64,000 nucleotides of DNA, from contig OX597815.1 in the NCBI GenBank assembly GCA_951406725.2, forward strand, positions 189,782,001 to 189,846,000. The letters are read 5' to 3'. Each line of letters begins with the position of its first letter. The first letter of the stretch is position 1. The notes under the pieces were generated by a model. That model had not been told where the DNA came from, did no database searches, and saw nothing but the letters and a program-made list of their open reading frames with translations. The stretch is from Octopus vulgaris (lineage: Eukaryota). This document shows positions 38,893 through 52,383 of the stretch, piece after piece. The translations under genes and the position numbers were made by a program.

Positions 38893-39576
38893 AGATATTG
38901 TTGTATTTCGGTATGGACATATTTTTGTTTTGCTTTGCCAAATAAACACGCGTTTATTACTGTTCTTATTTTATTATTTTAACTCCATGTCCATTGTCTG
39001 AAAGTCCTTCATCACAAATCTGTGACCTCTACAGGGACACTTTCCATCTTCATGTGTGTTCTTGCTTCACTTACTCCATTCTCTGAAAAGTGTCACTGAA
39101 GAGGTCACAGATGTGTGACAAAAACTTTTTGGGCAATGGGCTTACAAAGCTTACAAAGAATAAGTCCTGGGGTCAATTTCTTCAACTAAAAGGTGGTGCT
39201 CCAGCATGGCCGCAGTTTGAAGCAAGTAAAAGAGTAAATCTAGAAATAGAGAGAATGTAGCGAAAATACTGATTATAAATGTTAGCAATAAGAAAGGAAA
39301 TACTTTTAATTGCTTGGAGAAGCTCATTTGATTGAAGGTTTTTCATCTTATTATACATCATTCATGTGACTCCCTACTGTATTCATGTCTTGTAAGCAGA
39401 ATGTTTCCCCGGAGGTATTTTATTAACAAAGATGAATTGTTTCCATAAAAGATTTATGAAAGCAATTTTTTAAATAATAAAATAAGAACAGTAATAAATG
39501 AGTGAAGAACAAATATATAGTGCGTGTGTTTATTTGGTAAAAGAAAAAGATGACCGTCCCAAAATATAGCAATATC
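38893..39576. mobile_element. Fold-back PLE-type insertion with an HHR-like motif in each arm; right arm interrupted by a copy of 35049-35371
   Basis: Plus: tgtca-CTGAAGA-g-gtcaca gatg tgtgac-aAAA (39091-39135); minus: tgtcc-CTGtAGA-g-gtcaca gatt tgtgat-GAAg (38995-39039). Confidence 0.7.
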
Positions 39577-39644
39577 AAATATTTTAGTTTTCCTTAAAGT
39601 ATGAATATTTTGAAAGTTATCAAATACAATATCCTTTTAAAATC

Positions 39645-39872
39645 TTTTATTCTTTTACTTGTTTCAGTCATTTGACTGTGGCCATGCTGGAGCACTGCCT
39701 TTAGTTGAGCAAATCAACCACAGGACTTATTCTTTGTAAGCCTAGTACTTATTCTATCAGTTCCTTTTGCTAAACCACTAAGTTACAGGGACATAAACAC
39801 ACCAGCATGGGTTGTCAAGCAATGTTGGGGGTACAAGCACAGACACACAAACACACGCACACACACACGCAC
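39645..39872 (-). mobile_element. SINE family B, 3' half
   Basis: Diagnostic tail. Confidence 0.8.
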
Positions 39873-39875
39873 AAA

Positions 39876-40241
39876 GAAAATAAGACAAGGTAGAAAATGC
39901 TAAAATAATTTTATCATGAAGACCATTTTAGTACCGGTTTCAGTCATTGCACAGATTCCAGATCAAAATTCCGAAAATCAAAAAAATAGCATTCAGCAAA
40001 CACATCGACATTTGCTCCAACAACAAACAACCAGGTTGTATCATCCCTGTATTGATAGAGGGGGCAGATTCTGAAGCTTGGTTGTTTATTGTTAGCGCAA
40101 ATCTCAAAGTGTTCGCTGAATACTATTTTTCCGTTTCTTTTTTTTTAAATTTTGATCTGGGATCTGTGCAATGATTGAATCTGGTACTAAAATGGTCTTC
40201 GTGATAAAATTATTTTAGCATTTTTTCCTTGCTTTATTTTC
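39876..40241. repeat. Fold-back insertion, ~160-bp arms around a ~45-bp spacer
   Basis: aaaatgctaaaataattttatcatgaagaccattttagtacc / ggtactaaaatggtcttcgtgataaaattattttagcatttt; GAAA-CCGG-UA motif on minus at ~39930-39945. Confidence 0.85.
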
Positions 40242-40405
40242 CTTATACATATCAACTCGTGTGTTCCTTTTCAACCTTCTACATACATATATATATATAT
40301 ATATATAGTTATGCCAAACAAGAAAACACGAAAAAACACAACAACGTGAGGACGTGGAACAAATATAGTATTATTGGATGCTCAGGAAAGAAGGAAAGAA
40401 GGAGG

Positions 40406-40440
40406 GTTTAATGTTTCAAGCAGAGCTCTTCATCAGAAAC
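40406..40440 (-). ncRNA. Minimal 35-nt type-I hammerhead motif
   Basis: guuu-CUGAUGA-A-GAGC ucu GCUU-GAAA-CA-UU-aaac; the deviations look like CpG decay. Confidence 0.75.
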
Positions 40441-40539
40441 ATAGGAGAAGGAAAGATCCAGAGAAGGGAAGACAGAGGAAAAAAATCGCCAACGGTACAC
40501 ATGCGGTCACATTTTGAATATATATATATATATATATGC

Positions 40540-40571
<32 letters not shown>

Positions 40572-40614
40572 GTATATGTATATATATATGTATATATATA
40601 TATTTATATATATA

Positions 40615-41010
40615 TACCATCCAAACGTGGTCAATGCCAGCACCGCTTTTGTGCCAGTGGCATGTAAAAAGCACCATCCAATGATAGTCGATGCCAGCTC
40701 CTCTGGTCCTTGTGCTGGTGGCACGTAAAAAGCACCAACTACACTCTTGCAGTGGTTGGTGTTAGGAATGGCATTGAGCTGTAGAAACACTGCCAGACAA
40801 GATTGGGGCCTGGTGCATGTATATATATATATATATATATATATTCAATGGGCTTCTTTCAGTTTCTACCTACCAAATCCACTCACAAGGCTTTGGTCAA
40901 CCTGAGGCTATAGTAGAAAACACATGCCCAAGGTGACACACAGTGGGACTGAACCAGGAACCATGTGGTTCGGAAGGAAACTCCTTACCACACAGCCACT
41001 CCTGCACTTA
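40615..41010. mobile_element. Family C fragment (+, 40615-40815) and family B head (-, 40845-41010)
   Basis: Diagnostic motifs. Confidence 0.75.
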
Positions 41011-42661
41011 TGTAGATTACAATCTCATCACTGCTCTTTTACACACACATACACAGCTTGTGTAAGATACCTGACAGAAAAATATTTAATTAACTGCATT
41101 TAAAAAAATGTATATTTATTCTGTTCTGACATAATTTTGGCATTCGTTTCTGAAGTGAAAGCATGTGGGTCTGAGAAGAGTTAAAATATGAAGAATAACA
41201 ATAAATTTCAGTTTATTCTTGTTCAAGTTTTAATTACTATGAAGATAATATTTGATTAGTTACTTGTGTGTCATTAGTTCACCTGGGTAGGCAGACAGGG
41301 GGAAGTGTATTTCATTGTGGTACCACTTATAGCTTTAGTTTTTCTTAAAGTATGAATATTTTGAAAGTTATCAAATACAATATTGTTTTATTCTTTTATC
41401 CTTTTATTTGTTTCAGTCATTTGACTGCGGACATGCTAGAGCACCGCCTTTAGTTGAGAAATTTTATTTCGGAAAGCCAATTCACATAGTTGTACTAACA
41501 TCGCTGGGATGTGAATGAAGAATGTTTTGTCAAGAGGAATTCAAAACGTGCATGTAGGTACAGGTATGGCTTTGGAGTAAGAAGTTTGCTCCCCAACCAC
41601 ATGGTTCTAGGTTCAGTCTCACGGAAAGTGTCTTCTTCTATAACCTTGAACCTTGTAAGTGGATTCGGTAGGCAAAAACTGTGCATTCACTCAAACCAAC
41701 GAGGGAGTCTCTAAATGGTTGCTCGCTCTGGTAAAAATAGCAGTCAAATTACTGTAAAAATTACATCTTTTGCATGAACCAGTCTTTCCAAAATAAAGAA
41801 ATATGAACATTGCAGATTTTGGAAAAGAAGAGTGTGGAAAATATTTTGAAGAAACAAAAAAAGGCTGATCAACAGACAAGAAATATTAAACATGGTGCCA
41901 AGATTTAAAAGTTTGAATGAAGGCTTCCACAGGAATTTTGAGAATTAATGATAAAACAGAGAGTTTGAAAGAAAATAAATGGACAGGTCTTTATATTATT
42001 CATTAAATTTCAAACATGTGCAAAAAATGTTTTAAAAATAAAAGCAGATAAGAAATAAAAATATAAAAATGTGAACACACACAAAGACAAAAAATGAATT
42101 GCCAGATAATAATAGAACCATTATTCTGCTTTTGGAAAGGAATAAAACCACAAGGAAAGTAGATGATTTTGTTTTTTAAAGTGAAAGCTAAAATAAGGAG
42201 AAACTAAAAGTACTTAATCCTTGGAAATCATAAATAGTAATCCCTTGGTTATCACGGATATCGATTACATTGAACCCAGTATGCAACTGGTACTTATTTT
42301 ATCAACCCTGAAAGGATAAAAGGCAAAGTCGACCTTGGCAGAATTTGAACTCAGAACACAAAGACAGATGAAATACCACTAAGCATTTTACCTAGTGATA
42401 CTACCCGTTCAAAGCCTTCGTTAAGTGTGTTGTATCAGTAGAGATTTTTTTGTAAGAGATTTTCATATTTCCATGTAAATCCTTCGCAGTTTATTTGTTT
42501 ATTTGAAAATTGTTATCAAAATTTGCAGACTAGCTCAACCTCATCAAAGTCAGGAGTGTTGTTAGCTAATGTACTGCCTCTTTTACAGTGTGGAACTTCT
42601 GCTTCTGCTGACTTATTGCAAGAATTTAGATGCTAAGAGGTTTCGTATTACCAGGCATCTA

Positions 42662-43361
42662 TTGGGTTGTCCAGAAAGTTCATGCCGATTTTTAAAGGAA
42701 AGAAAAAGGTCAGTAAATACTTGCCATTACATTTTTAATCAACCAAATATGAACCATTTTGTTGCACAATGAATCTCCATCTTTCCTTTAACTTGAAAAT
42801 ACCCTCTTCCCAGAATTGAGGTCGTTTCATGGCAAAGAATTCATCAACGTATCTTTTTACGTCATCCAAGGAATTGAAATTTTTACCATTAAGACTATTC
42901 TGCCGAGACCTGAATAAGTGGAAATCCAAAGGAGCAATATCTAGTGAATATGGAGGGTGGGGTAACACATCCCAGCTGAGCTGTAGCAATTTTTGTCTGG
43001 TTCCCAAAGCATCAAGTGCCGAAAATGAACTTTCTTATCTTCCAAATTAAAGGGTTTGAGAATTAACACAGGTTATAGGAACATAAACCTTCTTCCACGA
43101 AAAGATAGCTTAAACTGTGCTCTAAATGGAGGTGTAGTCAAATCCTATTTTATGGACTCAACCATGTTCTAAAATAAGTTGAAAGGTAAGCTACTATAAG
43201 TTGGCACAAACTTTCCAGACAACCACAGGAGTAGCTGTGTGGTAAGCAGCTTGCTTACCAACCACATGGCACCTTGGGCAAGTGTCTTTTACTATAGCCT
43301 CAGGCCGACCAAAGCCTTGTGAGTGGATTTGGTAGACGGAAACTGAAAGAAGCCCGTTGTA

Positions 43362-43416
<55 letters not shown>

Positions 43417-43641
43417 ATATATTTGTGAGTCTCTTTGTCCCCCCACCAACATCGTTTGACAACTGATGGTGGTGTGTTTACATCCTCGTAACTTAGCGGT
43501 TCAGCAAGAGAGACAGATAGAATAAGTACTAGGCTTCCAAAGAATAAGTCCTGGGGTCAATTTGCTCGACTAAAGGCAGTGCTCCAGCATGACAGCAATC
43601 AAATGACTGAAACAAGTAAAAGAGAAAAGAGAGAAACCCAA
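42662..43641 (-). mobile_element. Second copy of the deleted mariner; SINE B (43225-43635, +) inserted inside its TIR
   Basis: GTRQKLLQLSWDVLPHPPYSLDIAPLDFHLFRS...QQNGSYLVD*; TIR split as ctttccagacaacc-[SINE]-cccaata. Confidence 0.9.
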
Positions 43642-45745
43642 TATTTTAACCATTAGTATTATGCATCATCAATCATCTGCTTATCCTGTTTGTATTATCT
43701 GTATTTTATTGTTCATTTAATTTATCTTTGCATTTTGATATGTGCATTTATTACATAATCAAGCCTCTCTTTTTATGAGGAATTCTATCTTGTGTGGGTG
43801 TATTATCTATTAGCATTTTTCTGTCTAGTTTTGTTTACGATGTGCAGTATTGTAATTTCTCCTTATTGTTTATGCATAAGGGAGTGCTGTGCTCACATGG
43901 TTAATGTAACAGTTAGACTCATCAAGTTTACAACTTATAGATTTACAGGTGAATCTATAAATTATGAATGATGACATGTAATTATAAAGGCCAAAATATA
44001 TGCTTGATACTGTGGGATTCTGTCAAGTTCAGGCAGTAAAGCCTGCATAAATAAAAGTCACCCATTATGTATGTGACAGTTTATAAGCCAACAACACTTC
44101 ATATCCAGATGATGAGACAGAGACAGTTTGACAACATCAATAATAATGAATTCAAGAACTTCATCTTGGAACTAAGTGAACTGAGCGATCATATACAGAA
44201 ATACAAAAATATCTTCATAAGAATGATTAAATTGGAAATTCCGTTTTTGTTATGTCTAAAAGAAATATTGTTTCCCATATACAAAAATACACATGCACAC
44301 ACACACAAACATATATATACATACACACTTGCTATATTATATTGAATTATTTTATACTAATAGGAGTAATAGTAGCTTTATTATGAAGCATTAGAATTGA
44401 CTCAACTGTGAAACTGCACTTCCTGTCTAATTTTACTGCGGTATTAAGTTGATTTACCTCATGATGAAAACTAATCAATTGCCACATTAATTTCTACCGT
44501 AAGTAGTAGTAGTAGTAGTAGTAGTAATAAATTTTTAAGACTATAAAAATAATAGTGTTATTCAATAAAATAATAATTTTTAATTACTGTTTTGTAAAAG
44601 AAAAAGAAAATAGAAATTTGTTTTGAAAACTATTTTCTAGAATAGTAATTTGTTTGTGAGAATGTTTTGTAAAATATTTTGTATACGATATAGTTTGTAC
44701 AATTGTTTGTAATTAAATGACTGGAATAAATAGGAAAGTGTTTTTGTATCCGAAGTGATAGAATGAGGGCCCACCAACTGTGGAGTTAAAGGTTATTATT
44801 GCTCCGTTGGTCAGACATTTAACTCTGAATGGCCCTATAGAAACACTGAATATTGAACAAAGAGTTTCATTAGTTTTGCAGCCTAAGGTTTAAATTTTCC
44901 ATACAGACTGAAGTAAACAACAAGGAACTTCTCAAGTGCAATATATCTTGAAAATTCAATAGAAATTACAAGATCTTCAAAGGTCAGAATTGAAATCAGC
45001 TAGGGAGTTTGTTGCTAACAGTAAAAAAGTTGTAAATTCTAAAGAATATTAAATATACTTTATAATAATAGCTTGCTTATAGACCATGCAGTTTAGAAAT
45101 AAATATTTAATTCACAATAGGGGAAAAATTCATGATATTATAAAAATCAGAAGTAAAATATGAGCCAGAAGCCATCTATATTAAAACATTAGATAAAAAT
45201 GTAATATCAGCTGGTTTTTTTTATTTTTTTATCAACTTTACAAGTGAACTCTTTGAAAATTCAATTATAAAATATAGCTTTCTATGTATTAAATTCTGTG
45301 GTTACTGAGTTCATACGCTGAAGGATTTTTTAATACTAACTAGTGTAACCATTAGTTTAACATGAACTCTTAACAAAAAAAGTTTTATTTACACTTGTTT
45401 TACTTGAAAGTTCTCAAATTACACTATCTGCTACTGACTTGAAGAAAAAAGCATTCTCTATTATTGAAGAATTATAATAACTTCATGATGAAGTATAAAT
45501 TATCATGAATAGGAATTAATACACAATTCTAGATGCTGACAGAAGCCTACAGACTACCAGTTCCATTTTATCGAATTCTGAGAGCTGAAAAGCAGTTGGT
45601 TTTATTCAGTTACAAGACTGTGTTTTCTTCTTTTAAAAATGAAATGAATTTAGGCGATTATTTCAAACACCCTATATTGTTAGAAATTATATTGAAGTTA
45701 CAAAAGAAAACCCCTAAAAATTAGGGAAACTGAATTGCTAAATAT

Positions 45746-45799
<54 letters not shown>

Positions 45800-45803
<4 letters not shown>

Positions 45804-46011
45804 AACTCTTTTACTTGCTTCAGTCATTTGACTGTGGGCATGCTGGAGCACCACCTTTTAGTCGAGCAAATCGACCCCAGGACTTATTCTTTTGTAAGCC
45901 CAGTACTTATTCTATTGGTCTCTTTTGCCAAACTGCTAAGTTATGAGGACGTAAACACACCAGCATCAGTTGTCAAGCAATGTTGGGGAGGGGGACGAAT
46001 ACAGACACATT

Positions 46012-46052
<41 letters not shown>

Positions 46053-46225
46053 CATATATACGATGGGCTTCTTTCAGTTTCTGTCTACCAAATCCACTCA
46101 CAAGGCTTTGGTTGGCCTGAGGCTATAGTAGAAGACACTTGCCTAAGATACCACGCAGTGGGACTGAACCTGGAACCATGTGATTGGTAAGCAAGCAACT
46201 TACCACACAGTCACTTCTACGCCTA
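45800..46225 (-). mobile_element. SINE family B, full length, next to (CT)n
   Basis: Head and tail intact. Confidence 0.9.
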
Positions 46226-46852
46226 CAGTATTTCATTGAACTCAGAACATTGGCAGTTTGGAACAAGATACAACTCGGTATTTATTTCATCTCTCACCTG
46301 TTTGAATCCTACTTTTCATAATTTGTATTAATTGTGTAGGCTGGTATGAAATTTTAAAACTTAATACTGATATCTAACCACAGGAGTGACACTTAGAATA
46401 TCTTGAATATATCTGAAATGAACTGAAATATACAGATGTGTTTCATTAAAAATAGGTCCTAAATGATTAATGGTATTTAGGAAACTAAATTTATTTTAAC
46501 TCAGAAAGCACAAAGCTGGAAGATATTGCAAAGCATTTCATCCAATGCTCTGAGAATTATACTGATCCTTTACTCTGTTTTTTTTTTTGTTTTTGTTTTT
46601 TGGGTTTTTTTTTGTCATTCTTCCCAGGACAGCTTTGTCTTTTGTCCTTTTGAGGTACCCAAAGAGATGAATAGTAAAACTGACTTTGGCAATATTTGAA
46701 CTTAGAGAGATAGGACAAATACCACAAGGCATTCCATGCAACACTCGAACAGACCATGGTACATAGTGCAGCTACTGGCTTTGCCATCTCCTGTCAAACT
46801 GTCCAACCCATGCCATCAGAGAAAACAGATGTTAACTGATGATGTGGATGAC

Positions 46853-46897
46853 ATTAATTACTACACCTGTCCACCAAGGACAGGTGTAGTAATTAAT
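46853..46897. repeat. Perfect 20-bp hairpin with 5-nt loop
   Basis: attaattactacacctgtcc-accaa-ggacaggtgtagtaattaat. Confidence 0.9.
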
Positions 46898-46953
46898 CAT
46901 AGTTATAGTGGAGATAATAATAGTTTATAATGGAGCAACTACTTTACAATTTT

Positions 46954-47107
46954 ACTCACCGGTAAAATTTCCACTTATTTCTTATTTTTATTTTCCTAAA
47001 ATTTTCATTTCATCTTGCAACCTTTTCAATATTGAAAAGGTTGCAAGAGGCAATGAAAATTCTAAGAAAATAAAAATAAGAAATAAGTGGAAATTTTACC
47101 GGTGAGT
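46954..47107. repeat. Loop-less palindrome (77-bp arms, centre 47030/47031) of the repeat family also at 10690-10890
   Basis: actcaccggtaaaatttccacttattt...caat|attg...aaataagtggaaattttaccggtgagt. Confidence 0.9.
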
Positions 47108-47584
47108 GTGTTATATTATAAGGCACAAAAAGAAAATTACTCTCCCCAGACAACAGACTATGGTTTTTAAAATTTCAGATATGGCGCCTTCTTTCAAATG
47201 GATTTTTGAGTCTATACAAAACTTTATGATTCTTTATTAATTAGCTAAACAGCTTTTAATTCAAATTTGGTCTACATGGCATAAACTTTGTTTTCTTTTT
47301 CTTTCTTTTCCCTTTTTTTTTTCTTTTTTGAAGCACCAGAATGGCAACTGCAAATGGCAAACAACATTCGCAAGAGAGCAAATACTTGCTTGCAACAAAG
47401 TTAGAGAAGATTTTACTAATCAGAGACAACATTTTAATCCAATTTGTGAAAGGGGGGGAAATGTCTAGCAACGGGTAGTAGGCACAAAAAGAAAATGACT
47501 CTCCCCTGACACAACAGAATATGCTTCAACACACAAACTCATATAAAGAATCTTGCAAACTAAATCCAAAATCGAAATATAATA

Positions 47585-48378
47585 CAAGAGCTGATCTAAA
47601 AGTATCAGGACTGGTGCTATAAAAAGAAAACTACAAAACATATCATTTTGGCATTTAATCTCCTTCGAAGTAGTCCCCTTCTGAAGCCATGCACATTATC
47701 CAGTGTTGCTCCCATTGGAGGAAGCATTCCTGGAACTCCTGTTTTGGGGATAATGAGCAACTGCATCCTCTTGGATTTCCTTAATGTCTTGAAATCTTTA
47801 TCCTTGCAAGAGAGATTTGATTTTTGAAAAGATTCTTGACCATAATAACCTTCAAGCCATGTCTCTTTCCTATTTCTTTACTACCCACAAGGGGCTAAAC
47901 ACAGAGAGAACAAACAAGGACAGACAAACGGATTAAGTTGATTATATCGACCCCAGTGCGTAACTGGTACTTATTCAATCGACCCCGAAAGAATGAAAGG
48001 CAAAGTCGACCTCGGCAGAATTTGAACTCAGAAGGTAGCGGCAGACGAAATACCACTAAGCATTTCGCCCGGTGTGCTAACGTTTCCACCAGCTCGACGC
48101 CTTCAAACCATGTGTCTTTCCATGTTCACATGCACACACACACACACACACACATATTTTCTCTGCCGTGGTCACTGATGGAACGTCTGTGGTTTGACCA
48201 CATTCTAAACACTTTACTTTGAAGCACTACTATAAACAATGGAAGTGAGCAGGAAGGTCATAACTTACTGTTCGTGCTCATCAGAGTTCAAGGTCAATCT
48301 GTGCCAAGTGGCTTTTCTCTGCATACTTTAGTTCCGTTACCTTGGCAACAGCCCCAATACTTTTTTGATCAGACCTCG
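47585..48378 (-). mobile_element. Deleted mariner-like element with SINE D (47870-48105, -) nested
   Basis: TA-flanked TIRs caagagctgatctaaaagtat / atacttttttgatcagacctcg; C-terminus ...ASEGDYFEGD* on minus. Confidence 0.75.
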
Positions 48379-48779
48379 TATTCTTAAATTCCATCACTAG
48401 AAATAAAATGCATTGCTGAGCAAGAAATATAACACTTAATAGCTAAGTCCACTTTTGGAAACTTATAAGGAGAAACAAATTATTGATTTTAGTCAGATAT
48501 ATTGCATAATTGATAGGCATTGTCATTATTTTGAAGTGGTACCTTAAAAGTACTCCATGGGGTACTGTAACCATAAGTATGTCATTAGTAGTATTGTCAG
48601 TGATTGCTAATTTCATAAGAATGTTTTATTTTCTTGGCTTCAGGCAATTTAAATGAACCAGAGAAATGTATAACGATTACTACACTTATATCAGGTTAGG
48701 CAACCGTGTATTTTCTTTGCGGTAGTACACCTGTTTCTGTCTTCATTCCTGATCATTCTCTCTCTCTGGCCAGGTAACC

Positions 48780-49478
48780 TTGAACTTCATCTACAGCAAG
48801 ACACCTGTATCTCTCTCATTATAACCGTTTCATCATCACCTCCTCCAATGCCTCCTCCCCTCTTAAAAGTTTTTGTCTTGCAGGTACTTGGTGACCCTGT
48901 CAGTATAGGTAACACATAAAAGCACCCTGTCCACTCTGCTGAGTGGTTAGTGTTAGGAAGGGCACCCAGCTGTAAAAACCTTGCCAAAACTGACCTCACC
49001 TGTGCTTGTGCCCCATAAAAAGCACCAAGTCCACTCTGCTGAGTGGTTGGTGTTCGGAAGGGCATCCAGCTGTAAAAATCCTGCCAAAACAGTCACAGAA
49101 GTCTGGTGCAGGCTTCAGTCTGGCTGGCTCTTGTGGTACTGTCCCACCCAAGCTAGCATGGAAACGGATGTTAAATGATGATGATGATGATGATAACCCA
49201 CCTTACCACAAAATCTTTGGCATCATACCTGCCTAACAATAGAAAAGTTATTCTTCACATAAGGCAGCAAGCTGGCCGAATCGTAAGCACGCTGGACAAA
49301 ATGCTTAGGTGTATTTCCCTCATCGTTACGTTCTGAGTTCAAATTCCACCGAGGTCGACTTTGCCTTTCATCTTTTCAGGGTCGATAAATTAAGTACCAG
49401 TTACGCACTGGGGTCGATGTAATCGACCATCCCCCTCTCCCAAATTTCAGGCCTAGTGCCAGTAGTAGAAAGGATTCT
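48780..49478 (+). mobile_element. Family C-like element (48780-49195) and SINE D variant (49261-49478)
   Basis: Diagnostic motifs. Confidence 0.75.
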
Positions 49479-50399
49479 TCGCATAAGACACAGTGACATA
49501 ATAACAAACAATGCATGGAACTGGACTGCTCGTTAAATGTGGGAGAGGTTTGTTACTGCAGAATATGACTTTATCAATCCAACATTAAGGATCTCCAGAA
49601 ACATCGTTGCTTCCAAAAGGGGATTAAAAGTAATATTATAGCACAAGAACAAGCAAAGCAAAATAAACCAAATTCAGAATTTCATATATTAATTGCATTT
49701 TTCTGAATATTGGCAGAAACTTTAATATCAACATTAACTTATTTTGAAAAACCTTATATATATTGTTTCCTAATTGATTTTCTTGGAAGAAAATGTATGT
49801 AAGATTGGGATAAAAAGTTATTTTCAGTATTTGAAGGAATGGACTGTTGGCGATTAATGAGCCATTAAAAAACCATTAGCAAGACATTTCAAAAACCTGA
49901 TTTTGGTTTTATAGACAAATGCCTAGATAAGAGATAGTGAAGATTCTATATAATGTCTTGTCCAATCAATATTTTCTCCAATAACGATTTCATGCGAATG
50001 GAAAATAAAACAAATAAAAATGAAAGTTTGAAAGGAAAACAAATGCTAAAATAAAACAAGAAAAAAGAGAATGTTTCATTAGAGTCTTCCTTTGAGGAAT
50101 GTCTGCATAGGTAATATCACTCTTTCTGCTGAAATCTTTTGGTGCTTACTGATTGTGTTGAAATATTTTTTTACATTTATTTTTTTATATTATTTTATAT
50201 TATTTCATTTGTTTGTTTATTTATTCATTTTTTTCTTTTTTTAAAAATAGTCTTCTCTCAAATAGCTTCTAAAAGCCAAATTTTAAACTTTCGGTAGTTT
50301 TCACTTAAGGCAATATTTTATATATATACACACTTATTATGGAAACATATGCATGCATGTTTATATATACATGCATATATGTAGGTATATATCTGCATA

Positions 50400-50455
<56 letters not shown>

Positions 50456-50732
50456 TGCATATATATATATACTCATACATGTATATATATTTATATATAT
50501 AAATATATATTCATACATGTACTTATGTGCATGCATATATAAATATATATGTGTGTTTATATATATATATATGCTAGCATTGACCATGGACATTAAATAA
50601 TGATGATATACATATATATATGTATATATATGTATGTGTGTGTATGTATATATACATATATACATATATATATACATATATATATATAATACATATATAT
50701 ATATACACATATATACATATATATATATACAT

Positions 50733-50963
50733 GAAGGCGGCGAGCTGGTAGAAACGTTAGCACGCCGGGCGAAATTCGTAGCCGTATTTCGTCTGTCGTT
50801 ACGTTCCGAGTTCAAATTCCGCCGAGGTCGACTTTGCCTTTCATCCTTTCGGGGTCGATAAATTAAGTACCAGTTACGCACTGGGGTCGATGTAGTCGAC
50901 TTAATCCCTTTGTCTGTCCTTGTTTGTCCCCTCTGTGTTTAGCCCCTTGTGGGTAGTAAAGAA

Positions 50964-50965
<2 letters not shown>
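50733..50965 (+). mobile_element. SINE family D, CpG-intact monomer within (TA)n
   Basis: aaggcggcgagctggtagaaacgttagcacgccgggcg... Confidence 0.9.
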
Positions 50966-51016
<51 letters not shown>

Positions 51017-51505
51017 CATACACACATATATATACATACATATACATATACATGTGCTTACTATACGTGTATGTATTTATGTATGTATATATCTATCTTT
51101 CTACTATCTATTAACTATCTATCTATCATATATATATATATATATATACATTATATTATATTATATGCATATACTCATGTGATTGTGAGGAGATGCAGAG
51201 GCATAGACATGTAAAAGTAACAAACTTCTGCGAGGAGCAAAACACAACAATTGCTGCATGCTCAATGTGGTTACAACTGTCATTGGTTTGGTGTGATGGC
51301 TGCTTGGTTAACAGCAAAAGTATACTATCAAGCATTTCAAGTGAACTTTTCAGGTTGTTTCAGTACAGCTCAGCACTGCTGGACGACTGAAAGTACTGTT
51401 AAAAGTACGGAAAATGTGGACATTTCTGGCTGACAACCAATAGAGGGAGTGTCCCCTAGGGTAAGCCATATAGAAGTATGTGCATGCAAAAACTCACACA
51501 TATAG

Positions 51506-51546
<41 letters not shown>

Positions 51547-52029
51547 GGTATTTTGTTCTGTACAGCATCCAGCTGTAAAAAAACCTTGTCAAAACTGATC
51601 TTAGTAATCTATGCAGGTTAAATAAAAGCTAGTATGGTATATTAATTTTTATTTGGTTACAAAATATTAAGATTTGAAATCTTAATATTTTGTAACCAAA
51701 TAAAAAATTAATATACCATACTAGCTTTTATTTAACCTGCATAGATTACTAAGAAATTTCATTTTATATATAAATCTAAATATAATGAAATTAGAATTTT
51801 TTGCTACTCTCCTACATAGAATGGAAAAAAAATTCTATATATCTAGGGAAATTACTTAGTTCATCTTGATTACCTCCCTTCCACTACTGTTTAATATATC
51901 TTATTAACTCCTGGTATATTTACTAAGTTGATAAAATTCTTCTCCATAGTTAGTAAATATTATGTCTAACATATTCTTTTAATTCGACTCTTTAATAAAA
52001 TAAATCACCATTTAGTAACTAATTATGAT

Positions 52030-52383
52030 TTTGATTTTGATTTTGATTTTTCCAGTTTCAGCTAATGAGCTGTGGCCATGCTGGGGCACCGCCATTTGGT
52101 TTGCTACACGGTTTTACCTCACGGATGCTTTTTAGCAAACGCCATCTGATGCATGAGAGAGTTCGATGCAGCTGCCCGCATCTGCACCTCCTGCCGTGAA
52201 GTTGGTTCATCCGGGACACCTGACAGGAAGAGATCCAGTCCTACTTTAAAGACATCTGCATCTACACCATGCAGGTCCCTCAGGTTATTCGGGAGGATAT
52301 TGAAGAGCCGTGGGCCTCTGAAGCCCAGGCTATCACAATATCTTGTCCTACATCTTGATGGCAAATTTGGAGTCCATTTGGAG
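52030..52383 (-). mobile_element. 5'-truncated CR1/Jockey-group LINE 3' end inserted in the PLE
   Basis: SLGFRGPRLFNILPNNLRDL...DVFKVGLDLFLSGVPDEP...AASNSLMHQ; (aaaatc)n tail; TSD ttatgatt. Confidence 0.8.
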
